From a virus: 36,278 nucleotides of DNA. A program made the translations under genes and the position numbers. Positions 1 through 6,340 of the stretch are shown here, one piece after another. The notes beneath the pieces were generated by a model. It was not told the DNA's origin. It was given only the letters and a program-made list of their open reading frames with translations, and did no database searches. The DNA lies in IMG/VR virus record IMGVR_UViG_3300045988_041547, positions 1 through 36,278 of that record. One strand, given 5' to 3'. The stretch's first letter is position 1. Each line of letters starts with the position of its first letter.

Positions 1-277
1 CGAACACCCACGCCTCGCCGGACACCCGGGCCTTGTCGAACACCCGGGCCTCGCCGGACACCCGGGCCTCGCCGAACACCTGCGCCTCGCCGGACACCCG
101 GGCCTTGTCGAACACCCACGCATCATGCTCCTGACTCAGGTTGGCTTCACTTTCAATCCAGCCACCTAGGTCACCGGCTTTTATCTCCCAGCGCTCGATA
201 TCAACGAGTGCGCGGATGCGGTGCAGCGTGACGCCAAACTCCACCTTAGTTTCATCGGTAAGTTCGTACTTTTTCAT
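1..277 (-). CDS. N-terminal part of a hexapeptide-repeat (beta-helix-like) phage protein; continues across the circular junction into 35955..36278
   Basis: Minus-strand ATG at 277 with GGAGGA 6 nt upstream (tcctcc at 284..289 on +). The frame is open to the window edge. Own translation: MKKYELTDETKVEFGVTLHRIRALVDIERWEIKAGDLGGWIESEANLSQEHDAWVF, followed by VFDKAR/VSGEAx repeats. The frame matches ORF 35955..36272 once the 49-nt overlap is collapsed (merged product 183 aa). Confidence 0.75.
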   Translation of the reverse strand, partial: MKKYELTDETKVEFGVTLHRIRALVDIERWEIKAGDLGGWIESEANLSQEHDAWVFDKARVSGEAQVFGEARVSGEARVFDKARVSGEAWVF

Positions 278-293
278 GCAGATTCCTCCATTT

Positions 294-470
294 CTATTGT
301 TCCCCTCGGATTGTCCTAGGGTGCCATTTTCTCTCGTCCCGGTAGCGGACAATATCCATCTGCCGTTTCCGGCTGATTTCTACCCGCTCACGGTGGAACG
401 CTTGGTAGCGCTCACAGCTGTCATGACATACGGAGTGTCGGTCTGGGCAATCCTTACATGGGGCCGTCAT
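294..470 (-). CDS. small Cys/His-rich (zinc-finger-like) early protein, 58 aa
   Basis: Own translation: MTAPCKDCPDRHSVCHDSCERYQAFHRERVEISRKRQMDIVRYRDERKWHPRTIRGEQ. It is below the ORF-track size cutoff. ATGA start/stop overlap with the upstream gene, and purine-rich GGGTGGAGGA directly upstream. Confidence 0.55.
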   Translation of the reverse strand: MTAPCKDCPDRHSVCHDSCERYQAFHRERVEISRKRQMDIVRYRDERKWHPRTIRGEQ

Positions 471-682
471 TCCTCCACCCCAAAGGCCCGCAGAAACGGA
501 ATGCGCGGGATCTTCGTGCGGTTCCCGCTCACCATAACGGGGAAGGGGAGCAGATCAGGCCGCTGGTGCGCCGCCACCCGGATATAGTCCGGGGTGCAGT
601 GGGCCACTTTCGCCGCCTGGGCCGGGGTAATAACGGCGGTGTCCATCTGCCGGATCTCCTCTAAAAGCTCCATGTCATTCAT
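467..682 (-). CDS. excisionase/MerR-type helix-turn-helix DNA-binding protein, 71 aa
   Basis: Internal ATG of ORF 467..739 preceded by AAGGAGG. MNDMELLEEIRQMDTAVITPAQAAKVAHCTPDYIRVAAHQRPDLLPFPVMVSGNRTKIPRIPFLRAFG resembles Xis/AlpA-type HTH proteins. Confidence 0.6.
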   Translation of the reverse strand: MNDMELLEEIRQMDTAVITPAQAAKVAHCTPDYIRVAAHQRPDLLPFPVMVSGNRTKIPRIPFLRAFGVEE

Positions 683-821
683 GGTCTTCCGCCTCCTTAT
701 CCATATCGGCTCGCATTTTAAGCATCTTAGCCCCGGCATTTACCAGTGCAAGGCTTTTCTGGTCAAGCTGTTTCAGCATTTCCACGGTCTCCTTGATGGT
801 TTTCTTGGTTTCTTCGCTCAT
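675..821 (-). CDS. small hypothetical early protein, 48 aa
   Basis: Own translation: MSEETKKTIKETVEMLKQLDQKSLALVNAGAKMLKMRADMDKEAEDHE. AAAGGAGG RBS 6 nt upstream. Its stop overlaps the next gene's start, consistent with translational coupling. Confidence 0.5.
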   Translation of the reverse strand: MSEETKKTIKETVEMLKQLDQKSLALVNAGAKMLKMRADMDKEAEDHE

Positions 822-884
822 GTTATAGCCTCCTTTTCGGTGGGATTTATGGGATGCGGCGATTCAGGCTCACCGCTCAGGGCC

Positions 885-1088
885 TTATTTCAGGAGGATA
901 TGCAGCCGGTCTGTTATTGCATAATAGCTAAGACACGAGATAGGCTTGTCAGCCAGATTCAAGACATTGTCATCAAACCAATTTCCATCCGCCACAACGT
1001 GGTGTCTCAGGTCCTGGATGATGATTCGGGTATCATCGGTTATCATCCGGTGGCCCTTTAACAGGCCCTCTAATGTTAAATCGTCCAT
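885..1088 (-). CDS. first early-operon gene, hypothetical 67 aa
   Basis: Internal ATG of ORF 885..1214 preceded by GGAGG (7-nt spacer). The longer form would run through the AT-rich promoter/operator region. Product starts MDDLTLEGLLKGHRMITDD...; no recognisable HTH. Confidence 0.55.
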   Translation of the reverse strand: MDDLTLEGLLKGHRMITDDTRIIIQDLRHHVVADGNWFDDNVLNLADKPISCLSYYAITDRLHILLK

Positions 1089-1140
1089 GTGCTTACCTCC
1101 ATGTGATTTTGCTTTGTTTGTAATCTCAATTTCTGAGGTT

Positions 1141-1169
1141 ATTATACCTAATAATTTTAGATTTGTCAA
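1141..1169 (-). promoter_or_regulatory. early (lytic) promoter, perfect sigma-70 consensus
   Basis: The minus strand reads TTGACA (1169..1164), a 17-nt spacer, then TATAAT (1146..1141). It sits about 50 nt upstream of the first minus-strand early gene. Confidence 0.65.
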
Positions 1170-1195
1170 TAGTAAGAATCTAATTTTTTTAGATT
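1157..1195. promoter_or_regulatory. candidate operator sites (TTAGATT half-sites)
   Basis: TTAGATT at 1157..1163, its inverted partner AATCTAA at 1177..1183 (13-nt spacer), and a third TTAGATT at 1189..1195. The first lies inside the spacer of the minus-strand promoter; the third lies between the two divergent promoters. Confidence 0.45.
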
Positions 1196-1201
1196 TTTGT
1201 A

Positions 1202-1230
1202 TTGATTTTTTCATCCGGTTCTGATATTAT
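1202..1230 (+). promoter_or_regulatory. promoter of the XRE repressor gene
   Basis: TTGATT (1202..1207), a 17-nt spacer, then TATTAT (1225..1230) with an upstream TG (extended -10). It is 26 nt before the ATG at 1256, which has a GGGGAGG RBS. Confidence 0.5.
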
Positions 1231-1255
1231 ATAAGAGCAGAGGGGAGGTGCAAAA

Positions 1256-1666
1256 ATGCCAGAAAACGAAACAGTTGGGCGGCGAATCAAGACTGTAAGG
1301 CAAGAAAAGGGAATGACACAAGCCCAACTTGCAGATCACAAAGATGTTAAGGTGACGAAAAACTACATCTATCTGATCGAGAGTGGGAAAACAGCTCCAG
1401 CAGAAAAGTTAGTTAAAGATATCGCAAAAGCGTTTGGTGTATCGGAAACGTGGCTGCTGACCGGAGAGGGTAATAAATACCCGCTCCCAGAGGACGAAAC
1501 CGCCGCTTATGTTGACCAGCTCTTGCATGATGCAGAAAACCCGCTATACGACATAATCCGGGCGATTATGAAAACGTACAGCGAGTTGGATGGAAACAGT
1601 CAGGCCGTGATCCGAAACACAATTGAGCAATTCCAGGAAAACTTAAAAAAAGAGGGTCGGGGTTAA
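1256..1666 (+). CDS. XRE-family HTH transcriptional regulator (CI-like repressor candidate), 136 aa
   Basis: VGRRIKTVRQEKGMTQAQLADHKDVKVTKNYIYLIESGKTAPAEKLVKDIAKAFGVSETWLLTGEG is a classic Cro/C1-type HTH. The gene is divergent from the early operon. Confidence 0.8.
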   Translation: MPENETVGRRIKTVRQEKGMTQAQLADHKDVKVTKNYIYLIESGKTAPAEKLVKDIAKAFGVSETWLLTGEGNKYPLPEDETAAYVDQLLHDAENPLYDIIRAIMKTYSELDGNSQAVIRNTIEQFQENLKKEGRG

Positions 1667-1679
1667 TCCCCGGCCCTCT
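1651..1679 (-). terminator. intrinsic terminator hairpin between convergent genes
   Basis: agagggtcgggg / ttaa / tccccggccctct forms a 12-bp stem. The minus-strand reading is followed by a U-run (aaaaaaa at 1644..1650 on +). It lies downstream of the minus gene 1789..2193 and overlaps the 3' end of the XRE gene. Confidence 0.5.
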
Positions 1680-1788
1680 CTATATGCCGTTTTACCAGCG
1701 TGTATATCTGGCTTAAAAATGTTAGATTGCTAACCTTCTGGACCATTCTAATGATTTCATCTCTGTACTCCTGTTCCATATGTATCTC

Positions 1789-2193
1789 CTATTCGTCTCG
1801 CTTTGCCGAGCAAAGCCCAAACGGGAAAATCCCGTCGGTTTTTGGCGTGGCTCTTTCGACATCACGGAGCATATCCAGCATCGCGTAACAGTCTTGCATT
1901 TGGTGGGTAACATTTTCGTCCTGCTGGATTTTCTCAAACATCCGGTTTGCTAACTCTGTAGCAGCGCCTTCGCGTTCGCAAATATACATTCGCTTGATCC
2001 CCTCCAGCTCTGCGCGGTATCCATTGCGCCCGAGATAGGGGGATATCCGCTCCATAGCCCTATACCACGATGCCTTTTCATCGTCATAGTTAATTTCTTC
2101 CTCCGTGTGCTGGTCGATTGCGATTTTTAGTAGCTCCTGCATATAGGTCAGCAGGAGCTGATACATTTCGTCCCGTGTTGTTGGTTTCTTCAT
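1789..2193 (-). CDS. hypothetical protein in the lysogeny module, 134 aa
   Basis: ORF-track ORF with an AAGGAGGAA RBS 6 nt upstream of the ATG. No family recognised. Confidence 0.6.
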   Translation of the reverse strand: MKKPTTRDEMYQLLLTYMQELLKIAIDQHTEEEINYDDEKASWYRAMERISPYLGRNGYRAELEGIKRMYICEREGAATELANRMFEKIQQDENVTHQMQDCYAMLDMLRDVERATPKTDGIFPFGLCSAKRDE

Positions 2194-2632
2194 GTGTGTT
2201 CCTCCTTATATGGTTCGCATCATTTTGCCAACATCGGCAAAATGCTCAAATACTCCAATTTGGGGGACGGTTGATCTAGCTTGGATAGATGCTTGTCTAA
2301 GCTCGGTTAAAAAATCACCTAAGTCAAGCCTAGACAAGCTCTATTATTCTGTGCTTTCATTTTTTATCAATTTTTCCGTTTTTCCTCTTGCGTTCTCCCG
2401 TGATTTTTAGTAAAATCATATTGTGATTGAGCCGTTGTAAAATGGTATGTGGGCTCCGTCTAAACTCTTCCGTTTCTAGCGGCGGGAGGTCTTCATGGCA
2501 CTGCATCATCGTCCCCACCTCCTTGCGGTGCCTATGCTTAGATTATACCAATCCATTTATTCCAATCAATACCATTTATGTGCTCATTTAGTGCTCTTTG
2601 ACGCTCAAATTGCGCCAAATCTGGAAAGGTCG

Positions 2633-3151
2633 ATGGGAATGAGCCAGAATCAGTCTGAGCTGATACGGCAGCTCCAGCAAATGCGGATGGAGAAGGGGCT
2701 GACCTACCAGGCCATAGTAGACGCTTGCGAGATGGCCGGGGAGCCTGTGTCTATGTCCTCTGTCCGGCGGATTTTTTCCGATGATCCAGACCGTCCGGAG
2801 GCTTTCCGGGTCACCACGCTCCAGGCTGTGGCTCGGGCCGTAATCGGTAATGCATACAACGCGGAAACAGTCCCGCCGTCTGATTTAGCGGCGCTCCGGG
2901 CCTTGCTAGCTGTCCGTGAGGAGACAGACAAGGATCGGCAGCAGGGGATCATAGACAGGACAGAGCAGATAGCCCGGATGCAGTCCACCATAGATGAGCT
3001 ACAAGCCGAGATCAAGCGGAAGTCTAAGACCATCAAAATCATGATCCTTTGGGCCTCTGTTATGACGATGCTGCTAATTGCGTTTTTTGTGGCCCTTGCG
3101 GTCTATGTTGTTTGGGATTTGTCGCACCCTGGGTGCGGGATATTAAGATAG
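2633..3151 (+). CDS. membrane-anchored XRE-like HTH protein (HTH + coiled coil + C-terminal TM helix), about 172 aa
   Basis: Internal ATG of ORF 2495..3151. LIRQLQQMRMEKGLTYQAIVDACEMAGEPVSMSSVRRIF is HTH-like. DRTEQIARMQSTIDELQAEIKRKSKTIK looks like a coiled coil. IMILWASVMTMLLIAFFVALAVYVVW is a hydrophobic helix. The start is uncertain (2633 or 2639). Confidence 0.6.
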   Translation: MGMSQNQSELIRQLQQMRMEKGLTYQAIVDACEMAGEPVSMSSVRRIFSDDPDRPEAFRVTTLQAVARAVIGNAYNAETVPPSDLAALRALLAVREETDKDRQQGIIDRTEQIARMQSTIDELQAEIKRKSKTIKIMILWASVMTMLLIAFFVALAVYVVWDLSHPGCGILR

Positions 3152-3163
3152 GAGGAGTTAAAA

Positions 3164-3811
3164 ATGGAGCAATTAGTTGGTACGCTGCTCCTGTTGTTCG
3201 TCTTTTCCGCTATCCTGATTGGGGCCCTGATGTGGCAAAAATCCGGCACAAAGCGGGCACAGAAAAAAGCGGAAGATCAAAATCGGCAGGATGAGACCCG
3301 GCAGAAGATCGCGGAGGCAGAGGCCGAGTGGAGGAAGCAGCCCCACTCTTGGGATGCTCCAGTGGCCCCGGAAAAGCCAAAGGAGGAGCCGAAAAAGGAT
3401 GATGGCGTAACATTTAAGGCCACCGGGATGGCCTACCACATGGACGGTCTAGAAAAAATCGCCGCTGAAAACTTGGACTATGAGATGACAAACGCGGAAA
3501 TAAAAGAGGAGTATGAGCAGTACGACAGAATCTATAAGTACGAGTACCCGGTAGAGACCGTGGAGCTTGTTCCGGAGCCAGACAACGAGGCCGACCCAAA
3601 CGCCATTGCTGTTCACATCAATGGAGAAAAGGTGGCCTATATTAAGAGAGGTAGCACCACCAGGGCCCGGAACCTCCTGGCAAGCAGAAACAGAAAAATA
3701 ACCGCTGAGGTGTACGGTGGGCCCTACAAAATGGTGGAGGAGGACGATGATGGCAGGTTGACCGTCATCAAAGACGAGAGCCCCATCCGCGTTATTATCA
3801 AGATCAAATAA
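3164..3811 (+). CDS. membrane-anchored HIRAN-domain protein, 215 aa
   Basis: N-terminal TM helix LVGTLLLLFVFSAILIGALMW, then a charged linker. The C-terminal part, FKATGMAYH...VELVPEPDNEADPNAIAVHINGEKVAYIKRGSTTRARNLL, matches the HIRAN pattern (v.L.rEPdNpyDpnAi.V...g..iGyi). A GGAGGAG RBS lies upstream. Confidence 0.6.
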   Translation: MEQLVGTLLLLFVFSAILIGALMWQKSGTKRAQKKAEDQNRQDETRQKIAEAEAEWRKQPHSWDAPVAPEKPKEEPKKDDGVTFKATGMAYHMDGLEKIAAENLDYEMTNAEIKEEYEQYDRIYKYEYPVETVELVPEPDNEADPNAIAVHINGEKVAYIKRGSTTRARNLLASRNRKITAEVYGGPYKMVEEDDDGRLTVIKDESPIRVIIKIK

Positions 3812-3814
3812 AAA

Positions 3815-3844
3815 ATGCCCCCGGTGTCCGAGCACCGGGGGCAT
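3815..3844. terminator. perfect 12-bp hairpin between the HIRAN gene and int
   Basis: atgcccccggtg / tccgag / caccgggggcat. The run of A before it gives a U-run only on the minus-strand reading. On + it may act as a weak terminator or insulator before int. Confidence 0.4.
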
Positions 3845-3953
3845 TGCAGAATAAGGGAGATGCCAAACGACACCAGCGGAAACGGGATCGATTGGAGGAA
3901 TCTGCGCATTTATTATAGCGGATATCTCCCGGAATTACAAGGGGGGAAATCAT

Positions 3954-5060
3954 ATGCAATGCCGGAAATGCCGTGCAGAGGCCCCAGGCGGGGCCAATTA
4001 CTGCCCAAAGTGCGGGGCTAAATTAGTTGTTGCGCACGGAGTAAAAAGTCGTGGCAACGGTCAAGGAACCGCTTTTAAGCGTGGGAAAACGTGGACAGCA
4101 AAGTGGAGCCTCCCGGCATACATTGATGAAAATGGGAAACTGCATCACCCACGTAAAACAAAGGGTGGATTCCAGACAAAAAAAGCCGCATTGGCTTATG
4201 CGTCATGCCCACCGGATTCCGTTGTCAAAGCGCCTACACTCCGAGCATACCATAAGACATGGCACAACGCAGGATTTACAAAATTGAGCAAATCAAAGCA
4301 AATAGCCTATGATATAGCGTGGAAGCGCTGGGCTGGCCTATATGATAAGCCTGTGTCTAATATCTCCATAGGTGATTTGCAGGGGCAGGTGGACACTGAG
4401 ACCTCCACATACTACCCCGCACGGGATATGAAAACCGTAGCGTCACACCTCCTGAAAATGGCCGTTGCAGAGGGCCATCTCCGGGCAAATCTGGCGGAAT
4501 ATATCGAGCTTCCACCGCTGGATGAAAAAGAGATGACCCCGTACACCGAGGACGAGATTAAATTATTCTGGGCGGCATACACCGCCGGTGATACGTTTGT
4601 GGGCTACATCCTGCTGATGATCTACACCGGCATGATGCCCGGTGAGCTATTTATCCTCAAAAAAGACATGATAGATTTTGACAAATGCGAAATTCGGGGT
4701 GCTGGTCTGAAGACCAAAAAGCGGAAAGAAACGCCCCTGGTATTTCCGCAGTCAATCAGCCCCGTGCTCCGCAAACTCTGTGACTGCTCCAAGAGCCGAA
4801 AAGATTACGTTTTATGCATGGACCGCGACAAATTTTACCCAGAATACCATAGAGCTGTCCAAAGCGCTGGATGCAGGGATCTCCCGCCGTACTCCTGCCG
4901 CCATACCACTGCTACAGCACTGGCGCTTGGAAACATCGCCCCTTCTGTTATTCAGGAGGTTATGAGGCATAGTAAATTTACAACGACGCAGCGCTATATT
5001 CACCCCGATAATGCCGCTTCCCATGCCGCGATCAATCAGATCGTGACAAGCGCAGAGTGA
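3954..5060 (+). CDS. int: tyrosine integrase with N-terminal zinc ribbon, 368 aa
   Basis: N-terminus MQCRKCRAEAPGGANYCPKCG (CxxC..CxxC). The C-terminus has tyrosine-recombinase boxes: ...MMPGELFIL..., CRHTTATALALGNI, VMRHSKFTTTQRYIH. It sits directly upstream of the tRNA-derived attP. Confidence 0.9.
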   Translation: MQCRKCRAEAPGGANYCPKCGAKLVVAHGVKSRGNGQGTAFKRGKTWTAKWSLPAYIDENGKLHHPRKTKGGFQTKKAALAYASCPPDSVVKAPTLRAYHKTWHNAGFTKLSKSKQIAYDIAWKRWAGLYDKPVSNISIGDLQGQVDTETSTYYPARDMKTVASHLLKMAVAEGHLRANLAEYIELPPLDEKEMTPYTEDEIKLFWAAYTAGDTFVGYILLMIYTGMMPGELFILKKDMIDFDKCEIRGAGLKTKKRKETPLVFPQSISPVLRKLCDCSKSRKDYVLCMDRDKFYPEYHRAVQSAGCRDLPPYSCRHTTATALALGNIAPSVIQEVMRHSKFTTTQRYIHPDNAASHAAINQIVTSAE

Positions 5061-5062
5061 CG

Positions 5063-5085
5063 CTATTGGCTACATATTGGTTACA
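5063..5085 (+). repeat. left copy of a direct repeat flanking the attP core (candidate Int arm-type site)
   Basis: ctattgg (5063..5069) and attggttaca (5076..5085) recur at 5314..5320 and 5328..5337. Confidence 0.45.
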
Positions 5086-5121
5086 CAAGGCGAATTTTTG
5101 TAGTGTTTTCAACGGTTTTGA

Positions 5122-5185
5122 CTCCCCTGCTAAGGGAGTAGGCCGGGAAACCGGCGCGAGGGTTCAAATCCCTCCTTCCGCGCCA
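5122..5185 (+). other. attP core: 3' portion of tRNA-Ser(GCU), not a complete tRNA gene
   Basis: ctccc-ctGCTaa-gggag anticodon arm, long variable arm taggccgggaaaccggcgc, T-arm gagggttcaaatccctc, acceptor 3' strand cttccgc-g-cca. There is no matching 5' acceptor strand or D-arm upstream. Confidence 0.75.
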
Positions 5186-5187
5186 AA

Positions 5188-5232
5188 AGTACCGCATTTG
5201 CACTTGATTTTGTGTAAATGCGGTACTTTTTT
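5188..5232 (+). terminator. rho-independent terminator after the tRNA fragment (usable in both directions)
   Basis: agtaccgcattt ... aaatgcggtact forms a 12-bp stem followed by tttttt. An A-run before it makes it usable for the converging minus-strand accessory operon as well. Confidence 0.7.
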
Positions 5233-5313
5233 GCTATATTTATTTGAAAGTCTGCGCTTTGCGAATCCGCTAGGAATCACGCAGGATCACCCCAAATTAG
5301 GCAAAAATATACC

Positions 5314-5337
5314 CTATTGGTCACAACATTGGTTACA
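5314..5337 (+). repeat. right copy of the direct repeat flanking the attP core
   Basis: ctattgg (5314..5320) and attggttaca (5328..5337), nearly identical to 5063..5085. Confidence 0.45.
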
Positions 5338-5814
5338 TCATTCCGCCGCGATCCCGTGGTAATACGCCGCCAATTTGGCTTCCGGTCCAGGTCCGTCCTT
5401 GTCAAACAGAAACGCTTTTGCGAGATCGGCGTAAAACTCTACCTTGTTGCATCCGTGCTTTGTTGCCACGCTGCAATAGTCCGAGTACATCATATTCATG
5501 GCGGTGTTCCATTCCTCCGGTGTGATGTGCTCCATCACTACCCCAGCAGTTTTCGCCGCGTCGGTGGTCTGGGCTACTGTCCAATGTCCCCCAGTGCTAC
5601 CATCATCGTTTTTCATATGGGCGTTCCACTTCTCCAGGGCGTGGTCACTAAGTTTCCCAGCATGACACACACAATGCTCCATGTCGTTGACGTGCTCCCA
5701 GCACTCAATCATAGCGTCAACAGCCGCCATAGAGCGAGTGCCGATAGGTAGGGCTAGATACTCGGCTAGTTCATGTTCTAGCTTTTCTCTGTACTCCTTC
5801 AATTTGCTTTTCAT
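5338..5814 (-). CDS. hypothetical accessory protein, 158 aa
   Basis: ORF with an AGGGGGG RBS. It is the last gene before attP. No function assignable from sequence. Confidence 0.65.
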   Translation of the reverse strand: MKSKLKEYREKLEHELAEYLALPIGTRSMAAVDAMIECWEHVNDMEHCVCHAGKLSDHALEKWNAHMKNDDGSTGGHWTVAQTTDAAKTAGVVMEHITPEEWNTAMNMMYSDYCSVATKHGCNKVEFYADLAKAFLFDKDGPGPEAKLAAYYHGIAAE

Positions 5815-5826
5815 TGTATTCCCCCC

Positions 5827-6267
5827 TTATGCCAGTTTTACGACACTGGCGCAGACGTGGGAGATTGTACCCGCCACGCCTCCAAGCGTAGCGCTGATGG
5901 TGGGGGTGCCATTGCAGCACACTGGGACATAGATTGTAGTCTCTGCGTGGAGCGTGTACACAGAGCCAGCGGCTACCGTTTCCTGCGCATTGAGGCAAGG
6001 AAGCGTTGCCGTGTCCTTGAGTCCCTGGAGCACCGCCACGCCAGCAGCTGACGGTGTGAAGGTCACGTCATAGGATACGCGATAAAGGCCGGAAGAGTTG
6101 ACCTGGAAGCCTCCTGCAACCGTGTCTACTGAGCATCCGGTGTCAGTGTTGAGCACGCCCAGCACGGATACGGGGGTGCCGGTGGCAACAAACGCCTGTG
6201 ATGCGTCGTTATAAGCGTTCTGGGCGCTCTTATAGTGGGGATTTTTAAGATTTCTGTTGCAGCTCAT
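5827..6267 (-). CDS. stand-alone BclA-C-terminal-like (C1q/TNF-type jelly-roll) protein, 146 aa
   Basis: AAGGAGAA RBS. The segments ...GGFQVNSSGLYRVSYDVTFTPSAAGVAVLQ...TTIYVPV...ISHVCASVVKLA follow the beta-strand pattern and ...as..v.kvA C-terminus of the Bacillus/Clostridium BclA C-terminal domain. Confidence 0.55.
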   Translation of the reverse strand: MSCNRNLKNPHYKSAQNAYNDASQAFVATGTPVSVLGVLNTDTGCSVDTVAGGFQVNSSGLYRVSYDVTFTPSAAGVAVLQGLKDTATLPCLNAQETVAAGSVYTLHAETTIYVPVCCNGTPTISATLGGVAGTISHVCASVVKLA

Positions 6268-6287
6268 ATTGTTCTCCTTTCAGAAAT

Positions 6288-6311
6288 GCCCGGGGCAATT
6301 CCGCCCCGGGC
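6288..6311 (-). terminator. 9-bp GC hairpin between accessory genes (attenuator or weak terminator)
   Basis: gcccggggc / aattcc / gccccgggc. On the minus strand it is followed by AUUUCU. Confidence 0.35.
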
Positions 6312-6340
6312 TTATCGCTGTTAGAGCGGTTGGTTGTTGG

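Noticed and set aside
1-49. Terminal repeat as a biological direct terminal repeat or att duplication
   Set aside because: It lies inside a coding tandem repeat and restores one continuous reading frame when collapsed, which is the behaviour of an assembler overlap on a circular molecule. attP is elsewhere, at 5122..5185.
141-1061. Plus-strand ORFs 141..587, 458..664 and 594..1061
   Set aside because: They are antisense to a tightly coupled chain of minus-strand early genes with RBSs, and have no signals of their own.
885-1214. Long 109-aa form of the first early gene
   Set aside because: Its upstream part would be translated from the AT-rich promoter/operator DNA and begins inside the opposing promoter. 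The internal ATG at 1088 has a GGAGG RBS.
3815-3844. Clear plus-strand rho-independent terminator after the HIRAN gene
   Set aside because: The hairpin is perfect, but the U-run is on the opposite strand only. It is reported as a hairpin of uncertain direction.
5100-5185. Complete tRNA-Ser gene
   Set aside because: Only the anticodon arm, variable arm, T-arm and 3' acceptor strand are present. No complementary GCGGAAG 5' strand or D-arm lies upstream. It is interpreted as the attP core.
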